From NCBI GenBank assembly GCA_964106645.2, contig OZ067039.1: a DNA stretch of 64,000 bases, one strand, 5' to 3'. Of the stretch, positions 51,598 through 64,000 are shown one piece after another (positions within the stretch are counted from its first letter, which is position 1; every line of letters begins with the position of its first letter). The translations under genes were made by a program, and so were the position numbers. This stretch comes from Podarcis pityusensis. Taxonomy: Eukaryota. The notes under the pieces were generated by a model. The model was not told the origin of the DNA, searched no databases, and saw only the letters and a list, made by a program, of their open reading frames with translations.

Positions 51598-52260
51598 AAA
51601 ATGAGAAATCTAGCTGTTGATACTTGGATCATCATCAGATAAGTGGTGGTTTCTGTGTTCTCTCATATTCCTTCATTTTCTCTAAGGGTCTGTGCGCTGT
51701 TGCATTCTGAGGCTTTAATGTGATAGACTTTTTTCCTTCTAGAAAAACATGCAGATTTTCATGATTTATTTCCATTTCTCAAAGGACTGTATTCAGTCTC
51801 CCACAAATTGAGAGGGAAACACACTAATAATTAACTGACAAGATTATAACAACATTAATATTACTCGTAGCACTTACTGGAAGTGCTACATGGTTTAAAT
51901 AAAAGTTTGCACACTTGGGTCTAGTAGCAATAATATATTGGCAATATTTTTTGTATGTAGTGTTACATAAACCTCCAGGAAGAGTTAGCCCCCTTTGCAT
52001 CAGGGTGTATGAATGCAAAAGGATGCTATATGGGTGGTTAATCCCATATCTAGCATCCTGGACTGTGCACAATGTGATATGTTCTGAATTAGATCTATAA
52101 GTAATGGGTGACATCAATTTTAATAGTTCTAATTGTCCCTATAGAGTGAATGTCAGAATATAGTTTTAATATTACATAACTTTGCCAGTATCACATATCT
52201 TCTCTTTTGGCTTAATGTTGATGGTGGCAAACAAATGTGTGTGATCTTTTTAATTATTAG

Positions 52261-52481
52261 CAAACCAGTCAGCATGCCGTCTCCAGTCTCTCCGAAGTTG
52301 TCTCCGGGAAATTCAGGAAATTACTCTTCAGGGTCAACCAACCCTTCAGGGAGCACATCTTCAGTTACTATTCCACAACGGATACACCAGATGGCAGCCA
52401 GCTATGTCCAGGTTACATCCAATTTTCTGTATGCCACTGAAATTTGGGACCAAGCTGATCAGCTTGCTAGAGAGCAAAAGG
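52261..52481 (+). CDS. AFF4: AFF4 exon 20
   Basis: [23 protein letters not shown]...[33 protein letters not shown]; TAG/GTAAGA; 221 nt. Confidence 0.97.
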
Positions 52482-52939
52482 GTAAGACTTGGCTGCATTA
52501 ATCTACCATCAGGTCTAGTCACATAGACCATGACATTTAAAGTTTTTTAAAAATCAGTACTTACATTATTGCTGGTACTGGTTCACTTAAGACTGTAAAA
52601 TGTCTGTACTTTCGTTGGTACATTCCATGACCTCAAGAGACCTGTGCCTCTCCCCAGCCCTTGCCCATACACTTTAAAACGGGGGGAAAGGAGGAGGAAA
52701 ATTAAATAACTGAAACCAGTAACACTGAGCCCCTAAGAAGCCATCCTCAGGCATTTTCTGGAGCACTTGAGCTGCAAAATGGGGGCTGGTGCCAGAGTCA
52801 AGCTTCATCCCCAAGCGTGCAAGCTGCTCTTCAGATGCACAAAGATCAGAAGTGGGTTTTAAGCTCATTCAGTAGAACACACTTGGAAACCCTCCCACAA
52901 GCAGGAACCCAGTCAGATCACAGGGAGCGTTTCCAAGCT

Positions 52940-53298
52940 CATTCAGCTGAAACCCTCTTCAGACCCTCACTTGTCTGGAGGACCAGCCTGTAAGGCCAGT
53001 GGATGTTAGGAGACAGCTCCATCCCCCATTGTTACAGCTCATTGTTCAGCTGTCTGCAGTGGCTCCCCATTCGTAGAATGCTCTCCCCGGGGAGTTTCAT
53101 CAGCGCCTTCATTATATATATATTAGACACCAGGTGAAAACGTTCCACTTCAACCAGGCCTTTGGCTGATTAATATTCTATGGCCTTTTAAATATGTTTG
53201 TGGGAGGGGGGTTTATTGTTTTGTATTCTAACCTTTTATTTGTGCTTTTATCCTGTATTTTTATCTTGTGAACTGTCCTGAGATCTTCAATTGAAAGG
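52940..53298 (+). mobile_element. Old L2-like LINE 3' fragment
   Basis: GCAGTGGCTCCCCATTCGTAGAATGCTCTCCCC (xVAPxxxNALP-like), CAGGTGAAAACG..CAGGCCTTT and T-rich tail region. Confidence 0.5.
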
Positions 53299-53725
53299 GT
53301 GTGTGTGTGCGCGCGCGCGAGCGCGTGCACACACCCACCCACCAATTTTCCCCCTATATAGGTATGTGAAATGTTCTGAGGCTTAGAGAAAATTGACCAA
53401 TATTAGAACGTATTGTTTGAATGTTACATGAAACTTTGAGCACTTTGTTCTATCTAAAGTACTCTAAGATCCCACTCTGTGAACATTTATTATACAAACC
53501 TTCAGTTATCTGTACTTGAAAGATTTCTACCCTACTATCACTAAATAAACATCTGATTCAGATGCCCCAACATAAAAATCAGTTAGCAGTTGCCCAGAGC
53601 CCGGAGAGGTTCTCTGACTGAGCTTGATCCCTGCAAGAGTAGTTAAGAGATTCAGAGAATCAAAGTTCCCATTCCTTGCTTTTTTATTTTGTTTAGCATT
53701 GCAGTCAGAAAAAATACAATTTTAA

Positions 53726-53926
<201 letters not shown>

Positions 53927-56900
53927 TAACTGGACTGAAGAAATCTAAAGCATAGAAGATACTTTTCTTGCTGCCTCTGATTTTTTTTCAACACTGTGTC
54001 ATAAAAAAATAAGGAAGACTGCCATAATGCATTGCTTAGTGGACACTGAGATTAAGGAATGCTTTCATGTGTCTCCCAGCATCATGTGTTTGAGAACCTC
54101 CCAACCATCATGTTAATGAACTTTTTCAGTTGTTCCATTTTTAAGGTATTTAAAAAATAGTTTAAACTCTGCAACGTTTTAATGTAAGATGGATTCATTG
54201 AGCTGCAATTGGATTGGAATTCTAGTAATTATGCCTAACAAATCTGTTTTAAAACATATTTATTTTAATTTGTTTTTGAAAGCTCTATTTTTGGGCTTTT
54301 TTAAGATTTAGCAATTTTTCCTATAAATTTTACCTGATCAAGTACTTAGTGAAGATAAAATGTAGACACTTTATTTAAGTATTTTGTGAGCTTTGTTATT
54401 CTGTAATGTCTTGTGGTGGTAGAGCTTGTAAGAGAAAGTCAGGGTTGATAGATTCTAAAGTGTAGGGACATATTTTCATGAATATCTCAGTTAAACCCCT
54501 AAATGACAGCCACAGGTTTATTATTGTACTAAGTTCCAAGGATGTTGTTCTATACATTAAGCCATTTTATTTAAGTGAGATGTAAAAAAAAATTATCTCT
54601 ATGGACACTTAGCTTCAAAACACATGTCTTAACACTAATAATATGAAAACCTTCCAGGAAGTTGCATTTAATGCAATATCAAAGTGATGTGGGTCTCACA
54701 ATTGAGCTTCAGTCTGCAGGTGTAGACCAGAAATGGTTTCAAATGGACAATCTTGTGCTTTGGTGCAGCCTCTGTTTCCTTGCTTGTCTTTATTAGACAC
54801 TGAAGCCACTAACTCACTCCTACATGGAAGTGATGCTTGTCCATTTCCAGTGGTAAATCAGAAAATGTGAGCAGTAACTAAACACCCTTGGGTTTCTCAT
54901 GGTTAGGTGTATGCAGTGGGCAAGATGGGGTTGAGAGTAGACCTATGATTACAGGGACATTTTAAACTATTAACGTCCAGTTGATTTAAAATCTTGCTTT
55001 TACCCCATTTTATGACACCTTCCTTAATGTTAAGTGTTTGTGATGGGAACAGAATCTTTAATTTTCAAGGAAATAACTGTGATCAGCAAAAATCATGCGT
55101 GGAATTCTAAGTGACTGCTTTAAGGTTACTAACCAGAGCACCTTTCCATAGGAGGTGCCTGCCTGACGAAAAGAATACTGCTTAGCATCCCTAACATGTC
55201 TGGTGTGCCTTATGCCTTTTTAGACGAAGATTTTGAATACTGTTTACAAGAGGTTTTACACTTAGGACCTGGTATACTGTATGCAGTTGGTCTCCTGCAG
55301 TACTTTGGTAAAATTCCACTTCCTTTTCCTGATAACTAGTGGCTGTCATTTGTTGAGAATACACACATTGGTTGTTCGTTAGAGTCAAACTCTGAACCCC
55401 TCTCAGTGTGGGGTTGTGGAATGCTGCTTTACCTGCCCTTGTCCCTGAACCCTACCCCAGATGTAAATGTGCATGTTCAAGAAAATGATTGCACTAAATT
55501 TATGTCTAGCTGTATAGCTATGTGCCAAAATGATGGCGAACGTTGAAAGAAGGAATAGAATTCTACATTGATTAGTACTGCAGTGTGTCCTTGGGACGTT
55601 GAGAAACTTCATAAATTATAGTCACTAAACTATAGCTTGCATAGTCAACGGAGCCTTGTGTTCGGATGTTTTGTACTTCAAGGAATGCACAGGTTCTCTT
55701 ACCTTGATACTTTGAATTGTTTCCGATGAAATCAACTATCCCTTGGTTCTGTATTCACAATCATTAATGCTGTTTACTGTTGCACTCTTATCCACAAGAA
55801 TGCATTGTAAGAGTGGAGGGGAAAATATGAAGTCCTACCCATGCATACAAAAGATGATAAATCAAACAATATTTGAGAAAATGATGTAGCCTAGGATGAT
55901 TTACTGTGGGCAAACTGAATCTCAGTTAAGCAGTAATGGGTGATGATGTATTAAATGGCTACATATTCTTTTGGTGTCGCTGTTTGGCCAGTGCAAATAC
56001 AACTGCTGTCATATGGAACCTTCTTTAAACCGCTTCCTTGGCAAGCAGTTTATTGTGTATGTGCCCGGCACACAGACTAAGAGAGTTTCAGATTATTTTT
56101 TAAAAAAGAAATGGTTTCTGTGGTCCATTTCATGTGAGCTGCTTGTGTAGAGGTACCAGTCTCGCGAAGCAGTTTTAAAGCAGGCACGTTTTCATGTGCT
56201 TTGGTCCCAAGAGGTACAGCACAGATGCTAACTCAGATCCAATGGGTAGGTTTTTCCTTAACATTCAGAAGTGCCTGGCACACTTATCATACCGAAGCCT
56301 CTACACTGTTAGCAGGAGTTGGATTACAAGCTCATTTGCTGTGTAGTGCTGCAGTGATCAGCAGGGTGATTTGGCTTGGTTTTGTACCCAGTTACCATAA
56401 CTGCCAGTGGGAAAATCTCTCTCGTTTTTTTAAAAAAACATTGTTTTCAGAAGTAGAATACTCTATATCAGATTGGATTTTTTTTAAAAGAAGCTTCTTC
56501 AGATGAATCCTAGACATTTGTATGTTTAATAATTTAGCAAGGCCTCTGTAGTTTTAAATGTATACCTAAGCTAGCAAGCATTATCTTTTGTAATATATGC
56601 CTCCCAGAGGTATTATTTGTATTTCCTAAATATGCGCAGTTATTTTCCTTCATGAATGCAAACTGTTTAGCAGTTTCCAACCAGTTAAATTAGGAGTAGA
56701 CAAAATTTCAAAAGGCCATTGAACTTGGAATTCCTTTGTCTCTGAAGTGCATGAGTAATTTGCCAAAGTTAATTGTTAAATGCAAACACATCATGAGCTT
56801 TTCCTTCTCTTCTCAAAGAGCAAAAGCAAGCTTAACATCTGCCCTTAAGATGCATTATGTGTATATTTTGAGCACTGGCATTGTGCTCTTGTCTTTGTGT

Positions 56901-59390
56901 GGAAACTCTGGAATAAGGGGTTCTATGGTTGTGTATTTACACATATCAATGTTGCTGTGTATCCCAGTGATGAGCCTTTTAGAACTGCTTAATAGTCGGA
57001 CTAGGCTTGCTCAGGTGTTCAAGTAATTCTGAATTTTCTCTCAAAAGTTGCAGGGTCATAGGAGAGCGATTCATGAATGGTGGCACGAGATCCACCAGTG
57101 GAATTCTTTAGGTGTTTCACCAGCCTGCTGGCAGTGAGTGGGTGAGACACTGTAGCATTAGAAGCTACAAACGTTTCACTTCATCAGTCGATTCTGACTA
57201 GCACGTCCCCAAACTATAGATCAATTCTGATGGCAGATCCCCTTAATAAAATGCCTAGGAAACACTGACCTTGTTGACACTTAGCTACTTCATTTTGTAT
57301 CTTAAATGAACATTCAGGGTACCAGACTAAGATGACCCAGCGTGTTCAGTTCAATATGATTTAAATCTCTTGGCTGTAAAGCAGAGCAAGTGGCTCTTGA
57401 CCTTTGACAGCAGTATGCAATTTGTAATATACATGTTTCTAATACATATATCTACATACATATATAAATGAATGAACTCAAGTCTGTCCAAAGTTTGTTA
57501 TACTTGTGTTAGGTTATAGTACAGCTGACTATATCAATATATTTATTGAGTGCTGAGCCATCCTCATTTTGGTGATGGTGATAAACTTTGCATATTATGC
57601 TGGAGTGCTATCAGTTTCTTTTAGATTATTGAAGCTTGATTGCTGTGATTTTATACACGAGAAACCCTGTAGTGTGTGTTATGAGCAGCCACAGCAGGTA
57701 GGGAGTCTGGATATAATGGAGGGATTGCCAAAGGCAAGTAAGACATAGCTGTAGGCAGATAACCATGAAGCTTGCCAAATCTGGCAAATATCGGGAAAGA
57801 CTACTTTTGCTATATATAGTAACATTTCCCTGCACTGTAAACTTTGCAGTATTTTTTATTAAGGGGGTTTCGATGGACCTGAGCAAATCAAGTCTGAATA
57901 CATTTTACCCATACAAGAAGTAAGCAACAACCAGACCACATGGCAGAGTCCAGAATGGCAAATATTTCATAAATATTTGCGTCAAGGACAGAATGACGTT
58001 AAATTGAGTGGAAATCAGTATTGTGGGAAGTTTGGGTTTTTGGTAGCTAAGTTAATGTTGGAGATCTTTCAACAGAGTGTAGCCAAAGCTTTTACTAGTG
58101 TGCTCTATTCAGCGACTTTCCTCCAAGACCTAGAAAATGCAGGTTAACTGTACAGAGTATGAGAAATCAGTTTCATTATTTTGGGTGGGTACTGGGGTGC
58201 TTATGGCATTTAAAAAATAGCAGTTATGGGAAATGGGTTGATTGTAACATTCTCACTGGAGTCGAGACTTTTGTAGAAACCCGAGTGTTTTTACAAAATG
58301 GCTTCTCCCGATTCATCGAGGCTTTAAGCAAACTCAGCCGAAGACATTTTGTTGCTTCCCGCTCAGATTAATTGTCAAAGTGGATCTAATTTTGGCTTGT
58401 CTTCCCAATTCCATGTGTAGAAATATTGACCACACATTTGTTTCTGGTAATGTAACTGAACAGAACTGGTGCTGGCAAATTGGGCTCAGACGTTTTCCTT
58501 CTCCTAGTTCATAGATCACATCAGTATTGGCAGCCAAAATTCCAAGATGGTTGCACTAAAATAACATAGAACTTGGCTTCATGAGCCAGGCCAAAAGCCT
58601 CTGCAAGCACAGTTGCTGGCATATGTATCTGGTTCCATTTTTAAATGGTTTTAAGAAGTTTTGTATATGGAGGATAAAGTGCTTATATATTTATTAAAGA
58701 TCCTTTATCATATTTGAAATTACTTGGTAAAGGTGGCTTTTCTTTTCCTTTTGGGGGCAAATGTGTTGGGAGGGGGAAGTTGTTTTTAACCTTTGGCTTA
58801 TCAATTAAAAAATATTAAAAAAATCCCTTCTTGAGCATGCAGCTTGGTACTGAACATGATTGGCAGGATGGCTCTCTGTTGTATGCTTTGTACATGACAT
58901 GTCCATGTCTTATACATTTTGTTACTTATCAATGTATTAGTCATCTGTTTTCAACCAAAACTAAACTTTTAAAACAAAACTGTGATCCCCCCCTTTACTT
59001 TGCAATATATTTGAAATTTCAAAAGGGTACTTTGGGGCTCCAAATTAGGATTTCTAAGTCAGTATGTGCATTTCACGTATGTTAATGGTGAGCAAAGTAT
59101 TATATACTAACTAGATTTTCCCCCCACATCTGTATAGTATATCTATGTATTTTGTGGTATTGAGATTATAGAAAGTTTAGTGTCTGAAATATGCGTTTAA
59201 TGTGTATTTTTAAACAAATTTATGGCAATTAAATATTTGGAGAAAAGGGTATCACATTTCAATTTGTAAAGATCTTTTTAACTACTGTGTCATTAAAATG
59301 CTTTGTACAATGCAAAACTGTAACTGGAGAAACTAAGTTTAATAAATATCAAATAGATTTTCTGTATTAAACTTTATAAGCACTGTGCTT
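53927..59390 (+). other. AFF4: AFF4 long 3'UTR (~5.4 kb), poly(A) signals AATAAA 59341-59346 and ATTAAA 59366-59371
   Basis: No recognisable TEs, U/A-rich distal part with TGTA motifs, tandem poly(A) signals followed by T/GT-rich sequence; exact end inferred. Confidence 0.7.
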
Positions 59391-60136
59391 GAATTAATCC
59401 TTTTGTATGGGCCTTTCTACAAGAGCATTACACATTGGTTCAGAAAGAATTGTTCTGTTTGAGGATGAGTGGGCAGAGTGGTATGCTGCTCCCATATGTT
59501 CCAAGTGGGGAAAACTCCATTTTATGTTTCCAGTATGCGCATAATTACCCATTCCTTACTATTAAGCCAGTTACATCACCCCCCCCCCCCACAATTAAAG
59601 TTTGAAAGGCAAACATTGTAAAAGAGATGGCATCAATTGTGGTACTGAGGTGCTTATTGCTCTTATGCTTTTTTTGATTTACCAGCGTTGAATAATTGCT
59701 TGAGGATTTAATGGGGGAAAACCTATATCATTCCCTTAGCTCCTGTAGAATGGTAAAGGTCTATAGTTCAGCTTTGCTCAGGGTACTTCCAGGGTATCTT
59801 CCCAGACTGGCTTTCCCTTTTGGCTGGCATACAAGGCACATAGCAAAGTGCGTTTGCTTAACAGCTATTTAATGTCTTGCATAGAAAAACATGATAAACA
59901 GTACAAAAAAATAAGATTGGTTTAAACTACTTTAGCTTCCTCTAGGACTGATGATGGAAAGATGTAGCCTAAATTAAAATGTGCTTTGACACATTGAAGT
60001 CCTTTGTAGCTGTCCATACAACAGAAGCTTTCATTGAAAATCTTTAAGCACATGATCTCAGGAGAGGTGATAATAAATAAACAGGGAGGAGCATTATCAA
60101 AAGCAGCAGCAGCAGTTTCTTCACCTTAGTGAACAA

Positions 60137-60173
60137 TCACTCCTGCGATACTCTTAAAGAACAGTGTTTGTTT
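60137..60173 (-). CDS. LEAP2: LEAP2 exon 3
   Basis: (R)NKHCSLRVSQE*; TTTTTATTTTTCAG acceptor on - strand; 37 nt. Confidence 0.93.
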
Positions 60174-60642
60174 CTGAAAAATAAAAAAGCAATATACAGA
60201 GAGGAATTAATATACAGAGAGTTATTAATATACAGCTCTGTAATATGAAAGCAAAGTTAAATGTTATGGTTTTTATTTTTAAAAAACTGATCGGTGTCTG
60301 GTATTCATCTTAAGGGGAGAGCAAATAGTGTCACCATCAAACATTTCATTAGCACACAACAATTTTGAAAAATAATTTTTTCTTTTAGTTTTTGGTGCTC
60401 AGTTGATGTATATCTTCAGGGAATAGTCTAATGACTAGCATAAATATAAATAGCTTTATTGACTAGTCTGTGTTTTACTGTCTTGATCCTAAACTATTTT
60501 CACAGTTGACATCTCTATGGTAATTCATCTGGCAATATTTAAAATGTTCCAGATAACCTAGACTGTATTAAAGGCTCAGTGTAGTTTAAAGTTTATTCAT
60601 TTAAAAATGGGACAGTCTAGATTTGCAATTCCTATCATTCTG

Positions 60643-60675
<33 letters not shown>
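60643..60675. repeat. (ATT)n microsatellite in LEAP2 intron 2
   Basis: About 11 tandem ATT units. Confidence 0.9.
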
Positions 60676-60795
60676 TTATTTTGTGGGATTTGGAAGCTCA
60701 AAGAGTCACATATGTTCCTCATTTCTGTTCAGGATGACTCAAATGGCTGCTCCTGTCATCATGGAATTCATTTCAAGGAGTGAGATAAAAATTAC

Positions 60796-60932
60796 CTGCA
60801 TAGTCTTGTGGCACATTCACTGTTATCCCTGCACGCTGCTCCAATTGGTCTTGAGATCCCTCTCCAGAAGGGTGTCATTCTCTTCGGCCTTAATAGCTGA
60901 GAGTTTTCTGGATGCAGAGGGGCACAGTGTGT
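60796..60932 (-). CDS. LEAP2: LEAP2 exon 2 (propeptide, furin site, mature N-terminus)
   Basis: THCAPLHPENSQLLRPKR|MTPFWRGISRPIGAACRDNSECATRLC(R); CAG/GTAAT; 137 nt. Confidence 0.97.
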
Positions 60933-61525
60933 CTGAAACAGAATTGTAGGCAGCTGTTATATATTTTGTTGAGGTCCATTTAGCTATTAAGCCCTCCTGA
61001 TTCTCTGCAGAATTTGGCTGAAGTCATTTCTATATGGAAGCTATTGTTTATTGCTGTTTCTGCACAACCATTCTCCAGACCAGTAGGAATGTCAAAACCT
61101 AACACTTCCTACATCCAAAAATACACAACTCACTGGAGTCATTAAGTACACCGTTTTACTTTCTTTCCAGTACAAATTACTGGTTGACATTCATTTCTAT
61201 GGGACAAAAGTAGAGCTTGGGCTGTGTTGCAGTAAAGGCAAAACAGGCCTTTGCCTGGCCTAGTTAACACACACAACCTGTGTGGCAGCACAACATGTCT
61301 GCTCCAAAGTCCTTGCAATAGCCAAACCCTCCTTCCAAAAACACATGGCATAATGATGAGCAGAATGCTAATAACAGCTAGCAGTCATGCTGTCTTGATA
61401 CGGCTGGTAATTCTGGTCTCTGTGAACTTGGCATAGCCAAGCATAAAGACACCTGAAATGCAGGCCATGCAAATAAGCTAGCATCTCCCTCCAGTTTGGA
61501 ATTGAAATACCAGAAGTGTTCTTAC

Positions 61526-61585
61526 CTGAGACAGCAGGACTGAACAAGCGAAGATGACCGCCACAACTTTCAAACACTGCATCAT
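61526..61585 (-). CDS. LEAP2: LEAP2 exon 1 (signal peptide)
   Basis: MMQCLKVVAVIFACSVLLSQ; CAG|GTAAG donor; 60 nt. Confidence 0.93.
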
Positions 61586-61672
61586 CTTTGGATAGCTGTC
61601 CTGCGACAATCGTGTTTCCCAAATGATGTTAAGTCTCTTTCAGACATACTTGTCCAGCTGTTCTGCTTGGAC

Positions 61673-61920
61673 TTTTATAGATGCAAATTGGCATTGCATC
61701 AGCTTATTAAAGGAGCAAAGATCACCCCGAGAGGCAAAGGGATTTCATAAGTTAATGTCTACTAAACTGATAGTCCAAGGTCTGTCCTGGAGGCTAAATA
61801 TATTTACTTTTCCAGCACTTGTACTTTGATCGATGTATCAAACATGCCAACAGCTCCTTTTTTTAAACCTAGATCTCATCCAATGTTTCACGGTGTACCT
61901 GCAAAAGGGTCAATGGTCAG
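61673..61920 (-). promoter_or_regulatory. LEAP2 proximal promoter with TATA box
   Basis: TATAAAA on - strand at 61679-61673, ~90 bp above the ATG; octamer ATGCAAAT 61681-61688; DR1-like GGGTCAATGGTCA 61907-61919. Confidence 0.65.
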
Positions 61921-62197
61921 AGCAGAAAGCTTTTTTTACACACAGTTCCTTGGGGTTAATTGAAAAGAAGTGGGGTGATGGTAAGAGAGAGGATTCAAGC
62001 AATTTGGTTTTAACAGAGGGTGGTGTCTTTTTGCAGTCTCTGGATGCCCATCCAAAGGGCTACAGTCCTTTTTTTTAAAAAAAAAATTTTTTTTTATTTG
62101 ATTTTCAAAATATAAACCTACAGTGCCTGAATAGGGAATAACTTCCGAATATGCTGCAACACTGTGCAACAAACCTCTTCTAGCAGAGCACCTAGAG

Positions 62198-62329
62198 CAG
62201 GATTTTCCAGACTTGGGTCTCCAGCTGTTTTGGGATTACAGTTCTCATCATCGCTGACCACTGATCCTGCTAGCTATGATGGGAGTTGTAGCCCAAAAAC
62301 AACTGGAGACCCAACTTTGGGAAACCTTA
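62198..62329. mobile_element. Short palindromic hAT-type MITE (URR1-like)
   Basis: Nearly fully palindromic (TTGGGTCTCCAGCTGTTTTGGG / CCCAAAAACAACTGGAGACCCAA); 8-bp TSD ACCTAGAG (62190-62197, 62330-62337). Confidence 0.85.
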
Positions 62330-62634
62330 ACCTAGAGGCATAGCACAGTGGTGAAGGGAATGAATCCCTGGTTGGAAATCTCCAACCATTAACTCATTAG
62401 AAGTACCCCAAGACAAGCCATTGTCTCTCATCTCAGCCCCCCCTCTCTGCCTGGAAAATGGAGATAAGATCAAACTGCCTTATCTGCAACAGCTGCAAAA
62501 CCTGGAATCATTGCATTTGTGGCCTGGCTCTTTTCTCCTTGCAGCCCTGATTCTTCCCTGCAAATCAATTTTCCAGACCAGGCAGTGGGAGTGTGCAGAG
62601 TCAGGTGCAGATGAAGGGCTCTTCATCTCCACCT

Positions 62635-63297
62635 TTTTAGTACCCCACCAAAGACTTTTTAGTAAGCTTAGCCGTCATGGAATAAGAGGTCCTCTTGTGG
62701 ATCAGGTATTGGTGAAGTAACAAGAAGCAGAGAGTAGGAATAAATGGGCAGTTCTCCAGTGGAGGGATGTAGACAGCAGAGTCCCCCAAGTATCAGTTTT
62801 GAGGCCTGTGCTTTTTATTTGTTCATAACTGATAGGAAGTTAGTGAAGCAGTCAAGTTTGCTGATGATACTTAACTAACTGTTCAAGGTGGGCTTTTTAA
62901 AGGGATTGTGAAGAGCTGCAACAGGATTTCTCCTGAATGAATTGGTAGTAAAATGGCAAATGCAATTCATTGTAAACAACTGTAAAGTGATGCATATCTG
63001 GGCAAAAACCCCTAATTGCACATACAGTGGTACCTCGGGTTAAGTATTTAATTCGTTCTGGAGGTCTGTTCTTAACCTGAAACTGTTCTTCACCTGAAGC
63101 ACCACTTTAGCTAATGGGGCCTCCTGCTGCCAGAGCATGATTTCTGTTCTCATCCTGAAGCAAAGTTCTTAACCTGAAGCACTATTTCTGGGTTAGCAGA
63201 GTCTGTAACCTGAAGCGTATGTAACCTGAAGTGTATGTAACCTGAGGTACCACTGTATTGCACATATATACATACTGCATATATTCTCATGGGGTCT
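62635..63297 (+). mobile_element. Degenerate CR1 LINE RT fragment, interrupted by a MITE
   Basis: Broken frames read VPHQRL..KL..HGIRG, KQRVGINGQFS, KFADDT, DCEELQQD, KWQMQF..CKVMH..KNPN, resuming LMGS after the MITE. Confidence 0.85.
63025..63255. mobile_element. Tc1/pogo-like MITE nested in CR1
   Basis: TIRs CAGTGGTACCTCGGGTTA / TAACCTGAGGTACCACTG, TA on both sides, internal TAACCTGAAG repeats. Confidence 0.92.
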
Positions 63298-64000
63298 CTC
63301 ATACAATATATTTACTATGAATAAGCAACAATACGTCTAACTTTACCCACCCAGGCACTCCAAAAGATGCCAAAAAATGCCTAGCCACATTTTCAGTGGT
63401 TTGGGTGTAGGCTCTCCTAGTTCCACTTAACTGCAAATGTTCACAAACATTTAATGTTTCACTTCCCCTATGGCCCCCGCCTCATCCCCCAAAATCGCAA
63501 GCTCCGACTCCAGCATTCTGTCCACTCTGTTTCATGTGTTCTGTCCACATGTTTCCAAGTATGGTTATTAATTAAATCTCTAGGAAGCTAATCTTGGCTT
63601 GTTTGAAAATACTGTAGATAGAAATAGTGCTGTCCCTTGGCAAATAGGACTCTCAAGTGCAACACACTGGCTGAACATTTTCAGGGAAGAAAACACAGCA
63701 AAGCTTTCTTTGGTGTTGCTTTATCCAAACTATTCATCCAGACTTTCTAAATCAAGCTTTTTTAGCCACCACAGGTGGTGGTAGTAGTGGATAGGTCTGT
63801 AGGATTTGTCTATTCAGGGTGAGGCAGGGGTGAGCAATGTCCCCCCAGTTTTTTTTACTTTTTGAAAACTTTCTCTCTGCTCCACGGTGCATACTGCAGC
63901 TTCTAAAGATTCATATGTGGCTCTTTAATTTTTGGTAACTTAGTTCTAACAAAGATAAACCGTTTCTGGGCTTGAGGGCTTGAACCCTCTTGCTGAAAGA

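Noticed and set aside
60683-60949. + strand 88-aa ORF
   Set aside because: Antisense to LEAP2 exon 2
63070-63250. Repeated TAACCTGAAG units as a CRISPR-like array
   Set aside because: Short irregular internal repeats of a TIR-bounded eukaryotic MITE; no unique spacers or cas genes

Overview
Vertebrate (squamate, probably lacertid lizard, judged from Sauria/Squam SINE sequences) genomic DNA. The window holds the complete AFF4 gene on the + strand: CpG-island promoter and non-coding exon 1 at ~6.3-7.3 kb, 20 coding exons from 22077 to 53926 that splice into a continuous 1160-aa frame, and a ~5.4 kb 3'UTR. It is followed tail-to-tail by a complete 3-exon LEAP2 gene on the - strand (61585-60137, 77-aa prepropeptide) that the ORF track misses. 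Introns and flanks carry many TEs (Sauria and Squam3-like SINEs, L2/CR1/RTE fragments, hAT, Tc1/pogo-like and PIF/Harbinger-like MITEs, a possible solo LTR). Best candidates for something new: (1) a full-length ~2.1 kb TSD-flanked L1-derived element in intron 1 with one intact unrecognised 204-aa ORF and no RT; (2) apparent loss of the ancestral AFF4 exon-11 donor (TT instead of GT) with an in-frame donor 9 nt downstream; (3) a candidate 21-nt frame-preserving microexon; (4) three strong-Kozak uORFs, one signal-peptide-like and overlapping the AFF4 start; (5) a 39-aa mature LEAP2 lacking the usual Leu10; (6) two clean intronic hairpins. No databases were searched; comparisons with orthologues and repeat families are from memory.
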